Source: Candidatus Hydrothermales bacterium (GTDB lineage Bacteria; Hydrothermota; Hydrothermia; Hydrothermales; JAJRUZ01). Taken from it: 64,000 nt of DNA. This document shows, piece after piece, positions 31,216-39,693 of the stretch. Position numbers and translations under genes: made by a program. Location of the stretch: contig JBCNUW010000001.1 in assembly GCA_039630575.1 (NCBI GenBank), positions 86,492 to 150,491 on the forward strand. Direction: 5' to 3'. Position 1 is the first letter of the stretch. Each line of letters opens with the position of its first letter. The notes below the pieces were generated by a model that was not told where the DNA came from, made no database searches, and saw only the letters and a program-made list of their open reading frames with translations.

Positions 31216-31794
31216 TTACTGACCTGATGTAAGAACTATTGGAATATTTCTCTTAGAACCAAAACCACCGATTGCATAACCTGAAGCTGCTTGTCCTGCT
31301 GCAGGTGTCCATTGTGCCGGGTTGTTTGGGTCAAGATCATATGAACCATACTGAATCATTCCAGCATTAGCAGCATTGTAAGCTGGGTCAAAAACACCAT
31401 TTCTATCGTTATCAACACCTCCAGGACCACTTTGAAAAGCATTTGTAGCAGCTCTAACAGGATTGTGAAAATCTACAGGCAGCAAAATTGGTCCAGTGGT
31501 AGTAGGCCTAAGACCAGATGCAGCTCCAGCCACTGATGTATTGTCACCCACTGGAGGGAGTCCTACAGCTTGCCTTGCTTGATCAACAGTAATAGCAAAA
31601 TTTTGTGGATAAAATCCTTCTGTAGAGGTTGAGAATGCTTCTGCAGCTGTTTGTGAAGTTTTCATATTACTCTGAACAGAAGCATCTTTTGCCTTTCCTA
31701 CCATAGCAATGAAGTTGGGTATAGCTATAGCAGCAAGAATACCAATGATTACTACTACGATGAGTAGCTCTATTAAGGTAAAGCCTTTCTTCAT
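31216..31794 (-). CDS. type IV pilin (prepilin N-terminal cleavage/methylation domain), low-complexity A/G/P/T/N-rich body
   Basis: MKKGFTLIELLIVVVIIGILAAIAIP class III signal with G-1/F+1; coding GC clearly above the window average; GGGAGG SD. Confidence 0.85.
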   Translation of the reverse strand: MKKGFTLIELLIVVVIIGILAAIAIPNFIAMVGKAKDASVQSNMKTSQTAAEAFSTSTEGFYPQNFAITVDQARQAVGLPPVGDNTSVAGAASGLRPTTTGPILLPVDFHNPVRAATNAFQSGPGGVDNDRNGVFDPAYNAANAGMIQYGSYDLDPNNPAQWTPAAGQAASGYAIGGFGSKRNIPIVLTSGQ

Positions 31795-31861
31795 TTTATT
31801 TTACCTCCCTTAATTTACTTTGGGATTTGAACCCTATATTCAACTTTTTTTAATTTTTTAT

Positions 31862-31879
31862 AGCAAAGTTTGTTCCACA
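31862..31879 (-). promoter_or_regulatory. candidate sigma54 (-24/-12) promoter TGGAACA-N4-TTGCT upstream of the pilin gene
   Basis: Minus strand reads gtTGGAACAaactTTGCTa (GG-N10-GC spacing exact) about 70 nt upstream of the ATG; palindromic AAATTTGCAAATTT elements lie further upstream (31921-31950). Confidence 0.45.
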
Positions 31880-31953
31880 ATCTTGATAATTGATTTTTAA
31901 GGAATTTTAGCTTTTCCATTTTGAAATTTGCAAATTTTATTTGCATTTTGCAA

Positions 31954-32775
31954 TTATTTTTTAGGTATTAAGGATGCTATGCTATCTCCCTTTATAAAGT
32001 AAATCCCACCAAAGGGATGGTGAGGTATACTGTTTAAATATCCTTTTTCTAAAAGTTCTTTTAAATTCTTTGGTTTATAATTTTCTCTTTTAATAAACTC
32101 TTTGAGAATTTTTGTCAAATCTCTCATATGTATTTTCATTATTGTTCTTTTAATATAGTCCTCAGCGATTCTTTTTTCAACATCACTTTTAGCTTTTTCG
32201 TACATATAAATCCAAAGTTTTAAAGCTGTTTCAAGATCTTTTAATTTTTTATAATAAGTAAAGGCGTAGAATCTAAAACATATATCAGGTGGATTATCCT
32301 TTAAGGTAGAAATTCTAAAAAAGGTAGCTGCTTTTTTGTAATCTTTGAAAAAAACATAATTTAAAAAACCCATCCAAAAAGGGTATTCCCATCTCTCAGG
32401 ATTCTTATACATTGCTTTCATTAGGAGAGCTTCTGATTTTTCTCTATCACCTACATCACTTGCAAGATTTACAGACCCAAATGTGTAGGCATGTAAAAAT
32501 TTTTCATCAAGATCAGTAATTATATCAACAATTGAAAACATATAAGGAAATTTTCTATCAGTTTGGAGATGATGTCCATAATACTGAATAAACTGTAACC
32601 AGTAGAAATCAGAAAGGGTGTTTCTATGATCTAAGGCAAGATATTTCAAAATTTCTCCTTTTGGAAGATACAATATCTCTTTTGCCTTTTCTTTTATTTC
32701 TCTCAACTCTTCAATTCTATAAGATAAATTTATGATCAAAAGGATTAAAAGAAAGGTATAGGTAAATATTTTCAT
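31954..32775 (-). CDS. secreted helical (TPR-like) protein, unknown function
   Basis: 273 aa with N-terminal signal peptide MKIFTYTFLLILLIINLSY; ATGA overlap with the upstream permease gene. Confidence 0.55.
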   Translation of the reverse strand: MKIFTYTFLLILLIINLSYRIEELREIKEKAKEILYLPKGEILKYLALDHRNTLSDFYWLQFIQYYGHHLQTDRKFPYMFSIVDIITDLDEKFLHAYTFGSVNLASDVGDREKSEALLMKAMYKNPERWEYPFWMGFLNYVFFKDYKKAATFFRISTLKDNPPDICFRFYAFTYYKKLKDLETALKLWIYMYEKAKSDVEKRIAEDYIKRTIMKIHMRDLTKILKEFIKRENYKPKNLKELLEKGYLNSIPHHPFGGIYFIKGDSIASLIPKK

Positions 32776-33539
32776 TTAAATTCTTTTCTTTCAAAAATTA
32801 TTGTTGAAAGGTAAATTAGGAAAATTATGTAAACTAAACCATAAAAACTTGAGAAAATAAAATATTCCTTTCCTGGAATTCCCTCATAAACTATCTTGTT
32901 TTTAATATTGAAATGTTCAAAATTTGGCAAGATATAATAAAAGGTATAACTTAAAAACTTTAAAAGAGGGTACTTTGTAATTTCTGCAAAAAGTTTTAAC
33001 GATTCAATTAGGTGCCCAATGATATAAAATAAAAAGCCAATAAATGCTGAAAAAAGAACACCTGTAAAAGTTGAAAAGAAAATTAAAAGACTAATGATAA
33101 CAGAAATCTCATAAATAAATGGATAAAGTGCCACAAACATATTAAAATCGAAACGTTTATCGTTTAGCAATATAAGAAGTTGATGAAAAAATTCCATAAA
33201 AAATACATTAACTAAAACAACAGATAAAAGACCAAAGAATTTTCCTATAATTATTTCCCTTCTTCTAACAGGTGTTGTTATGACAAGATAGATTGTTCTT
33301 TTATCCATCTCTTTATGGAGTAGAGTAGAGCCAGTTATTATTACAAGAAGAATATTAAAGAAAGTTATAGCAGAAAGACCAAAATCCCTTAATATTTTTG
33401 ACTGTTCTCCAACTGAAAGAGGATAAAGGAAAAAGGTTACAAATAACATTGTAAATCCAAAAAAAACTATTATAAAAAATATTTTTTGTCTTGTTAATTC
33501 TTTAAAAGTGTTTTTTGATATTACAAAAATACCCTTCAT
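32772..33539 (-). CDS. ABC-2 family transporter permease
   Basis: 255 aa, 6 TM; TIYLVITTPVRRREIIIGKFFGLL resembles the conserved ABC-2 loop. Confidence 0.7.
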   Translation of the reverse strand: MKGIFVISKNTFKELTRQKIFFIIVFFGFTMLFVTFFLYPLSVGEQSKILRDFGLSAITFFNILLVIITGSTLLHKEMDKRTIYLVITTPVRRREIIIGKFFGLLSVVLVNVFFMEFFHQLLILLNDKRFDFNMFVALYPFIYEISVIISLLIFFSTFTGVLFSAFIGFLFYIIGHLIESLKLFAEITKYPLLKFLSYTFYYILPNFEHFNIKNKIVYEGIPGKEYFIFSSFYGLVYIIFLIYLSTIIFERKEFK

Positions 33540-34492
33540 TTTTTCTTTAAAGTTTCAACAAACCATTCCTCAAGAGTATAAACTAAAGGGTTTATCCTTA
33601 TTATTTTAACCTTTTTACCACTATGAAAAATCTTCTTTAAAATATCCTCAATTTCACTTTCATTAACTTTTAAGATATATTCATCGCCTCTTTTTTCTAA
33701 ATTAAAATCTCCATAATTTTCATCAGTAAAATTTTTCAACACTATCTCATAACTTTTAATCCTTTCTCTTAATATCTCTTCAAGAGTTCCTTCCTTTACT
33801 ATAGTGCCGTTAAAAATTAGAAAGACCCTATCACAAATTTCCTCAGCATCAGAGAGAATGTGGGAAGAAAAAAATACAGTTCTTCCAAAAAGTTTTTGCT
33901 CATAAATTAAATTTTTTATCTCTCTCCTACCAATAGGATCAAGACCAGTTAAAGGCTCATCTAAAATTAAAAGCTCTGGATCCCTTATTAAAACATTAGC
34001 TATACCAATCCTCTGAAGCATTCCCCTTGAATAAGTTCTTATACTTTTCTTTCCATGATCCTTTAACCCGACCTTTTCAAGTAGCTTTTCAATATTGCTT
34101 TTCAATTTTTTTTTCTCTATTCCGTAAAGTTCCCCTGTAAATTCGAGAAATTCATAACCAGAAAGATGATCATAAAAATAGGGCTGTTCAGGCAAAAAAC
34201 CCATCCTTCTACGAACTTCCTCTTTGTCTGGAGTTAATCCAAAAATTTTTACAATTCCCTCATCAAAGTTTAAAAGGTTAGTTAAAATTTTAATAGTTGT
34301 AGTTTTACCAGCACCGTTTGGACCTAAAAAACCTACTATTTCACCTTTTTTAACATTAAAGGAAAGTGAATTTAAAATTTTTCTTCTTTTAAAACCTGAT
34401 GAAAAGTATTTTGACAAGTTTTCAACATATATAACATTTCCCATTTTTAGGGTAAAATTAGATCTAAAGGTTTTTTGGCTCCAAAAGCACAA
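33536..34492 (-). CDS. ABC transporter ATP-binding protein (partner of the ABC-2 permease)
   Basis: Walker A GFLGPNGAGKTTTIKIL, signature YSRGMLQRIGIA, Walker B LLILDEPLTGLDP. Confidence 0.85.
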   Translation of the reverse strand: MCFWSQKTFRSNFTLKMGNVIYVENLSKYFSSGFKRRKILNSLSFNVKKGEIVGFLGPNGAGKTTTIKILTNLLNFDEGIVKIFGLTPDKEEVRRRMGFLPEQPYFYDHLSGYEFLEFTGELYGIEKKKLKSNIEKLLEKVGLKDHGKKSIRTYSRGMLQRIGIANVLIRDPELLILDEPLTGLDPIGRREIKNLIYEQKLFGRTVFFSSHILSDAEEICDRVFLIFNGTIVKEGTLEEILRERIKSYEIVLKNFTDENYGDFNLEKRGDEYILKVNESEIEDILKKIFHSGKKVKIIRINPLVYTLEEWFVETLKKK

Positions 34493-34965
34493 ATAGTATA
34501 CCGTACAGCAACTTCACCCTCTGATGTGGTTGATCCGTCATCTTTGTAACCTGTATAGTAAATACACCCACTTGGAGGAATAGCTGGAGGCCCTACAGGC
34601 AAATTGTCAATTGCTTTCACATCAGGTTTAAAAGGATTCCTAAAACTTAAATGGGGCAAAAGTAGAGCCTTTTCAGAGAATGGCGGAATTCTTCTTCCAT
34701 CTGCAATTGACTTTTCACCTTCCGGATCATCTGATAACTCAGGATTCACGTCTTTTACTTTTGTATCAATACCACCTGGATAGTGGCCTTTGGTAATTGT
34801 AGCGTAGATCTCAACTACAGTATGAAGTGTATGCATGTTTAATTTTAATGATGCCTCCTTAGCATTATTAACTACTCTAATATAATTAACAACTCCTATG
34901 GCTGAAAGTATACCGATTAGAGTAACAACAATTAAAAGCTCAATCAATGTAAAGGCAAATTTCAT
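34447..34965 (-). CDS. type IV pilin/pseudopilin-like protein (atypical A-1 at the cleavage site)
   Basis: MKFAFTLIELLIVVTLIGILSAIGVV N-terminal methylation-domain helix. Confidence 0.7.
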   Translation of the reverse strand: MKFAFTLIELLIVVTLIGILSAIGVVNYIRVVNNAKEASLKLNMHTLHTVVEIYATITKGHYPGGIDTKVKDVNPELSDDPEGEKSIADGRRIPPFSEKALLLPHLSFRNPFKPDVKAIDNLPVGPPAIPPSGCIYYTGYKDDGSTTSEGEVAVRYTICAFGAKKPLDLILP

Positions 34966-34996
34966 AAATTAATTTTATGAATTAGAAAATGTAAAT

Positions 34997-36295
34997 TCAA
35001 TCATAAATATTTGTAGAAACCATAACAGAATAAAAGGGAACGGGATCATAGTTTTCAAAATAAAAGAAGTTCCCCTTTAACGGATTACTATAAGAAAAAG
35101 AAATTAAAAAAGAGGAGTAAAATTTACCCTCCAAGATAATTTTTAAAAGGTAGTTTCTATCAAAAGAGTCAAAGCTTTTAATCAAATACAAAAAATAATT
35201 TTTCTCTTTGTTTTTAAAAATAAAAAATTTTAAGGAAATCGAGTAAATTTCTTTGTAAAAATCTCTATTCCTTAACATTTTAAATTTTATAAAAAATCTC
35301 AAAAAATCAAAAAAATATAATGTATCACAGGTAAAAATTGAGAAAAAGTTTCCTGAGAGTAATTTAGGCATCTTAAATGGGTAACTTAGATAAAGATGAT
35401 TTTCAGAATTAAAATATTCAAAAAGTAATAGAAAGCTACTTTTTTTATATTTAAAACTTAGATCAAACTTTAAACCATTTCTTTTCATATTTTTTTTATC
35501 ATCAAAATAATCTGTTAAAGAATCAAAACAAAAAGGAAATAAAGGCTTTTCAATAAAGTAAGAAAATTTAAAGTGTTTAAATTTTAAACCACTTTCAAAA
35601 GTAAATCTTTTATTTTTTGATTCACTACCTATCTCAATATCAGTGAAATTGAAAAAAAGAGAGGTTTCAATCTTTAAATTATTAAAGTTTTTTTTATCCT
35701 TTGTTAGAAGAAATTTATAATTTGAAAAAGTTATTGAATAGAAAAAATGATTTAAGTTGTTACGGAAATTTATTCCATATTTTAATTTTCTTCTCTTCGA
35801 ATTTTCCTGGGAGTAAAAAATAGAAAAAGAGAGGGGGTTAAAAGTAAATTCAAATTTTTCTAACTTTTGAAAATTGTTAAAGGGATTAGCATCAAAAATT
35901 GAATATTCAAAATTTAAAGGAAAAGGGGTTAATCTAAAAAAGAAGTAATAATTATGTTTTGCAAAGTTATAATACAATTTATTTTTATGGATAGAAATAA
36001 AAATAAGGGATTTTAATTTATTTTCAAAAAGTGGAAAAAAGGAAGATACATTATTTTGTTCGGTATTAAAAGCACTTCTAAAAAGTAAAAATCTAGTAAT
36101 GACACTTTGAGAATCAATTTCAACAAATTTTTGATGAAGATTTTTGTAATAGTAATTAGGTGAAAAATCATTAATTGAATCGGTATAAAAAAAGGGAACA
36201 AAAAGGGGATTTAAAATAAAAAGAGGATTACCAGAAAAGAAGTCAGGTTCTTTAAATTCGAGAAAATACAAAAATATTAAAACATGAATACCCAT
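34997..36295 (-). CDS. hypothetical F/Y/N/K-rich protein, possibly an outer-membrane beta-barrel
   Basis: 432 aa; alternating aromatic/polar pattern; ends ...FYSVMVSTNIYD; no motif recognised. Confidence 0.4.
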   Translation of the reverse strand: MGIHVLIFLYFLEFKEPDFFSGNPLFILNPLFVPFFYTDSINDFSPNYYYKNLHQKFVEIDSQSVITRFLLFRSAFNTEQNNVSSFFPLFENKLKSLIFISIHKNKLYYNFAKHNYYFFFRLTPFPLNFEYSIFDANPFNNFQKLEKFEFTFNPLSFSIFYSQENSKRRKLKYGINFRNNLNHFFYSITFSNYKFLLTKDKKNFNNLKIETSLFFNFTDIEIGSESKNKRFTFESGLKFKHFKFSYFIEKPLFPFCFDSLTDYFDDKKNMKRNGLKFDLSFKYKKSSFLLLFEYFNSENHLYLSYPFKMPKLLSGNFFSIFTCDTLYFFDFLRFFIKFKMLRNRDFYKEIYSISLKFFIFKNKEKNYFLYLIKSFDSFDRNYLLKIILEGKFYSSFLISFSYSNPLKGNFFYFENYDPVPFYSVMVSTNIYD

Positions 36296-36352
36296 CTTTT
36301 TATTCCATAAAATTTATTTCAAGTTAACATAAGATATCTTATCTTGACTAAA

Positions 36353-36886
36353 TCAGAAGCCCTTTACCAAAACAACAGCATCCTCTCCGTCAATCTCCTT
36401 CAACCTTACATCTATTATCTCGTCCCTCGATGTCGGTATCCTCCTACCAACATAATCAGGATGAATTGGCAACTCCCTATGACCCCTGTCTACCATCACC
36501 AATAACTCAACTTTCTTCGGCCTACCATAATCCAACAAAACATCTATCGCACACCTTATCGTCCTACCTGTATATATCACATCATCCACTAATATTATCT
36601 TTTCATCATCAACTGAAAAAGGTATATTTGTCTCCTTAACCTCTGGCTGCTCATATAACTTCATTAAATCATCCCTATAAAAAGTTATATCAACAGTTCC
36701 CATCTCAATAACTTTCTTTGTCCTTAACTCAAGATTCTCCTTTAATCGACCAGCAAGATAAACACCCCTTGTATGAATCCCTATTAACTTAACATCACCC
36801 TCTGGATGCCTCTCAAGAATTTCTGAACAAAGCCTCTCTATTATCATTAAAAATTTTTTAGAATCAATCAACTTTTTTTGAATCAT
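36353..36886 (-). CDS. pyrR: bifunctional pyrimidine operon regulator / uracil phosphoribosyltransferase PyrR
   Basis: ILVDDVIYTGRTIRCAIDVLLDYGRPKKVELLVMVDRGHRELPIHPDYVGRRIPTS PRPP-binding and RNA-binding regions. Confidence 0.9.
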   Translation of the reverse strand: MIQKKLIDSKKFLMIIERLCSEILERHPEGDVKLIGIHTRGVYLAGRLKENLELRTKKVIEMGTVDITFYRDDLMKLYEQPEVKETNIPFSVDDEKIILVDDVIYTGRTIRCAIDVLLDYGRPKKVELLVMVDRGHRELPIHPDYVGRRIPTSRDEIIDVRLKEIDGEDAVVLVKGF

Positions 36887-38594
36887 CCAAAATCCCCTCC
36901 TTTAATTCAATACCCAACTCCTCAAGTTGCTCCCGATAAACTCGAGAAGGACAATTCTCAAGAAGCCCAACCCCTTGCGCTGTCTTTGGAAAAGCTATTA
37001 CATCCCTTATACTTTTTTCAAATGACAAAATCATTATTATTCTGTCAAAACCAAGAGCTATACCTCCATGAGGAGGCGCACCATAAGAAAGAGACCTCAA
37101 TAAAAAACCAAACCTATCCTCTACTTCCTCCTCAGTATACCCAAGAAACCTAAAAATTTCCCTCTGCAACTCAGGATCACTTATTCTTATACTACCTGAA
37201 CCAATCTCAAAACCATTTAAAACAAGATCATACGACCTTGCTCTTGCCTTCATTGGCTCCATATACCAGAAATCATCCTTTGGCATTGTAAATGGATGAT
37301 GTGCCGATACAAAACATCCGTGCTCGTCCTTCTCAAATAGAGGAAAATCAGTAATCCATAAAAACTTAAATTCTTTTTTTTCATCCTCATTCTTTTTTAT
37401 CTCTTCTATAACCTTTTCTCTTAACTTTTCACATAAACTTTTTATAATTTCATCCTCTCCACCAATTACAAACCTTGTTCCCTCTCTCTTAAAACTTTCT
37501 ATACTCAAAAGCTTCTTTAAAGTTCCTCTTATTTCACTTCCCTCTAAAATACCCCACATAAAAACCGATTGTCCCTCTCTTTTAATCTCTTGAGCTAAAT
37601 TATCTATAAACTTTCTTGAAAATTTAAATGGAAAAAAGATACTTTTAATATTTTTATAATTTTTAAAAACTTCTACCTGTCCAAGAATATCTTTATAATC
37701 TTCAAATTTATAATCAAACCTTAAATCAGGTTTATCCGTACCGTATAAATTTAAAACATTTTCATAAGTCATTCTATCAAAGGGTATTTTTAATTCAATT
37801 TTAAAAATTTCTTTAAATACTTGATAAAAAATTCTTTCTACACAATTAAATATATCTTCTTCAGTAACAAAAGCCATTTCAATATCGAGTTGAGTAAACT
37901 CTGGTTGTCTGTCCTTTCTAAAATCTTCGTCTCTAAAGCATCTTGCAAATTGAAAATATCTATCAAATTGAGAGACCATTAGAATTTGTTTATACATTTG
38001 AGGTGATTGAGTCAGTGCATAGAATTTACCTTTATGAATTCTTGAAGGAACAAGAAAATCCCTTGCACCTTCTGGTGTACTCTTGGAAAGATAAGGAGTT
38101 TCAACCTCAATAAAACCCATTTCAATTAATGTTTTTGTAATTATGTATTTAACATTACTCCTTAATTTAAAAACTTCTTTCTTTTTTTCACTCCTTAAAT
38201 CTAAAAACCTATAGAAAAGTTTTGTTTCTTCAAAAACTTCTTTTTCCTCATCTGGTAAAAAGGGGAGTGTTTTGGACTTTGAAAAAACCTCGATCTCCTT
38301 TGCTAAAACCTCAATCTCTCCTGTTTTCATTTCTGGATTTTTATCTTTCTCTGGTCTTTCTCTTACCAACCCATTGACTTTTAAAGTTGAATAAAGAGAT
38401 AAACTTTTTACCTTATTTTTCAGTTCCTCGTTTTCTATCACAACCTGAACTTCCCCCTCCCTATCCTCAAGGACAAAAAATAGAATTTTTCCAATATCTC
38501 TCTTTCTTTTAAGCCACCCACAAAGGTTAACCTCTTTGCCTAAATAACCAATATTTAAATCACCACAAAAACAACTTCTCAATTCAGTTCTCAT
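36864..38594 (-). CDS. aspS: aspartate--tRNA ligase
   Basis: FRDEDFRKDRQPEFTQLDIEMAF motif 2, C-terminal GGIALGFDRIIMIL motif 3, N-terminal OB-fold anticodon-binding domain. Confidence 0.9.
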   Translation of the reverse strand: MRTELRSCFCGDLNIGYLGKEVNLCGWLKRKRDIGKILFFVLEDREGEVQVVIENEELKNKVKSLSLYSTLKVNGLVRERPEKDKNPEMKTGEIEVLAKEIEVFSKSKTLPFLPDEEKEVFEETKLFYRFLDLRSEKKKEVFKLRSNVKYIITKTLIEMGFIEVETPYLSKSTPEGARDFLVPSRIHKGKFYALTQSPQMYKQILMVSQFDRYFQFARCFRDEDFRKDRQPEFTQLDIEMAFVTEEDIFNCVERIFYQVFKEIFKIELKIPFDRMTYENVLNLYGTDKPDLRFDYKFEDYKDILGQVEVFKNYKNIKSIFFPFKFSRKFIDNLAQEIKREGQSVFMWGILEGSEIRGTLKKLLSIESFKREGTRFVIGGEDEIIKSLCEKLREKVIEEIKKNEDEKKEFKFLWITDFPLFEKDEHGCFVSAHHPFTMPKDDFWYMEPMKARARSYDLVLNGFEIGSGSIRISDPELQREIFRFLGYTEEEVEDRFGFLLRSLSYGAPPHGGIALGFDRIIMILSFEKSIRDVIAFPKTAQGVGLLENCPSRVYREQLEELGIELKEGILDDSKKVD

Positions 38595-39681
38595 TTCTTC
38601 TCCATATCAGGTAAATATCTGATTTAAAAACCTTATAATATTTAAGCTTAAAACCTTCTAAAAAATTATCTAATTTTAAATCCTTAAGTGGTGAAATCCC
38701 GTCTCCAGCAATTTTACCAGAGCACGAAATATGTATTTCATCGAAAAGTTTCTCCTTTAAAAAAGAGGATAAGACAGTGCTTCCACCTTCAACTAAAAGA
38801 GAAACTACATTCATTTCGTAAAGTTTCTTAACAAAATTACTTAAATTTACTCTATTTTTACCCTTTATTTTAAGAATAAAATCTGAGTAATTACCTTCAT
38901 AATCTTCTGAGACAACTAAAATACCTTTTTCCTCTTTAAAGAATTCGCTTTCAAAATGTTCAAATTTATCCTTACCCCATATTATAAATCTAAAGGGCTT
39001 TCTAAATGAAAATACGTTTCTTGGTGTTAATTTTGGGTTATCCTTTAAGAAAGTTCCTTTTCCTACAAGAATTGCATCGTAATTTCCCCTCAGATAGTGA
39101 ACAAATTCTCTTTCCTCTTCACTTGATATCCATTTTGAAGTCCCATCCTTTAGGGCAATTTTCCCATCGATTGTCATGGCAAACTTTAGTGTTATATAGG
39201 GTCTTTTTTTTATCTTATATGTAAGATAGAACCTATTTATTTCCTCACACTCTTCTTTAAGCACTCCTAATCTAATTTTTATATTATTTTTTTTTAGATA
39301 TTCAATCCCTTTTCCATTCACTCTCTCATCTGGATCGATACACCCTATAATAACTTCTTTAATTTTTTTTTCAACAATATATGTAGCACAAGGTGGTGTT
39401 CTTCCGTAGTGAATACAGGGTTCAAGATTTATATACAAAGTGGCACCGTCAATTTCTGGAGGCATATAATCAAGAGCCATCCTTTCAGCATGTTTAGTTC
39501 CAGGACCCATATGGTAACCAATAGATAAAATCCTTTTGTCTTTAACAACAAGAGCCCCCACCATTGGATTAGGTGATACTCTTCCCTCTCCCAACTTAGC
39601 CAATTCTAAAACTTTGCTCATATAATATTCATCTTCGTTTAAAAGAAACTTTTCTTGGTTTTTAAAATCAAAAATATTCAC
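38584..39681 (-). CDS. ribD: bifunctional riboflavin biosynthesis deaminase/reductase RibD
   Basis: PNPMVGALVV...HAERMAL...LYINLEPCIHYGRTPPC CMP/dCMP deaminase zinc motif, then the RibD C-terminal reductase domain (ITLKFAMTIDGKIA...). Confidence 0.9.
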   Translation of the reverse strand: MNIFDFKNQEKFLLNEDEYYMSKVLELAKLGEGRVSPNPMVGALVVKDKRILSIGYHMGPGTKHAERMALDYMPPEIDGATLYINLEPCIHYGRTPPCATYIVEKKIKEVIIGCIDPDERVNGKGIEYLKKNNIKIRLGVLKEECEEINRFYLTYKIKKRPYITLKFAMTIDGKIALKDGTSKWISSEEEREFVHYLRGNYDAILVGKGTFLKDNPKLTPRNVFSFRKPFRFIIWGKDKFEHFESEFFKEEKGILVVSEDYEGNYSDFILKIKGKNRVNLSNFVKKLYEMNVVSLLVEGGSTVLSSFLKEKLFDEIHISCSGKIAGDGISPLKDLKLDNFLEGFKLKYYKVFKSDIYLIWRRNEN

Positions 39682-39693
39682 ATTTTATAAAGC

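Noticed and set aside
31216-31794. The GC-rich pilin gene as a mobile element or phage-derived insertion
   Set aside because: There are no flanking integrase, transposase or direct repeats. The composition shift is confined to the low-complexity pilin body, and the gene sits between a clean terminator and its own promoter
36296-36352. Palindrome AAGATATCTT downstream of pyrR as a terminator
   Set aside because: The stem is short and A/T-rich with no following U-tract on the relevant strand, so it is not convincing
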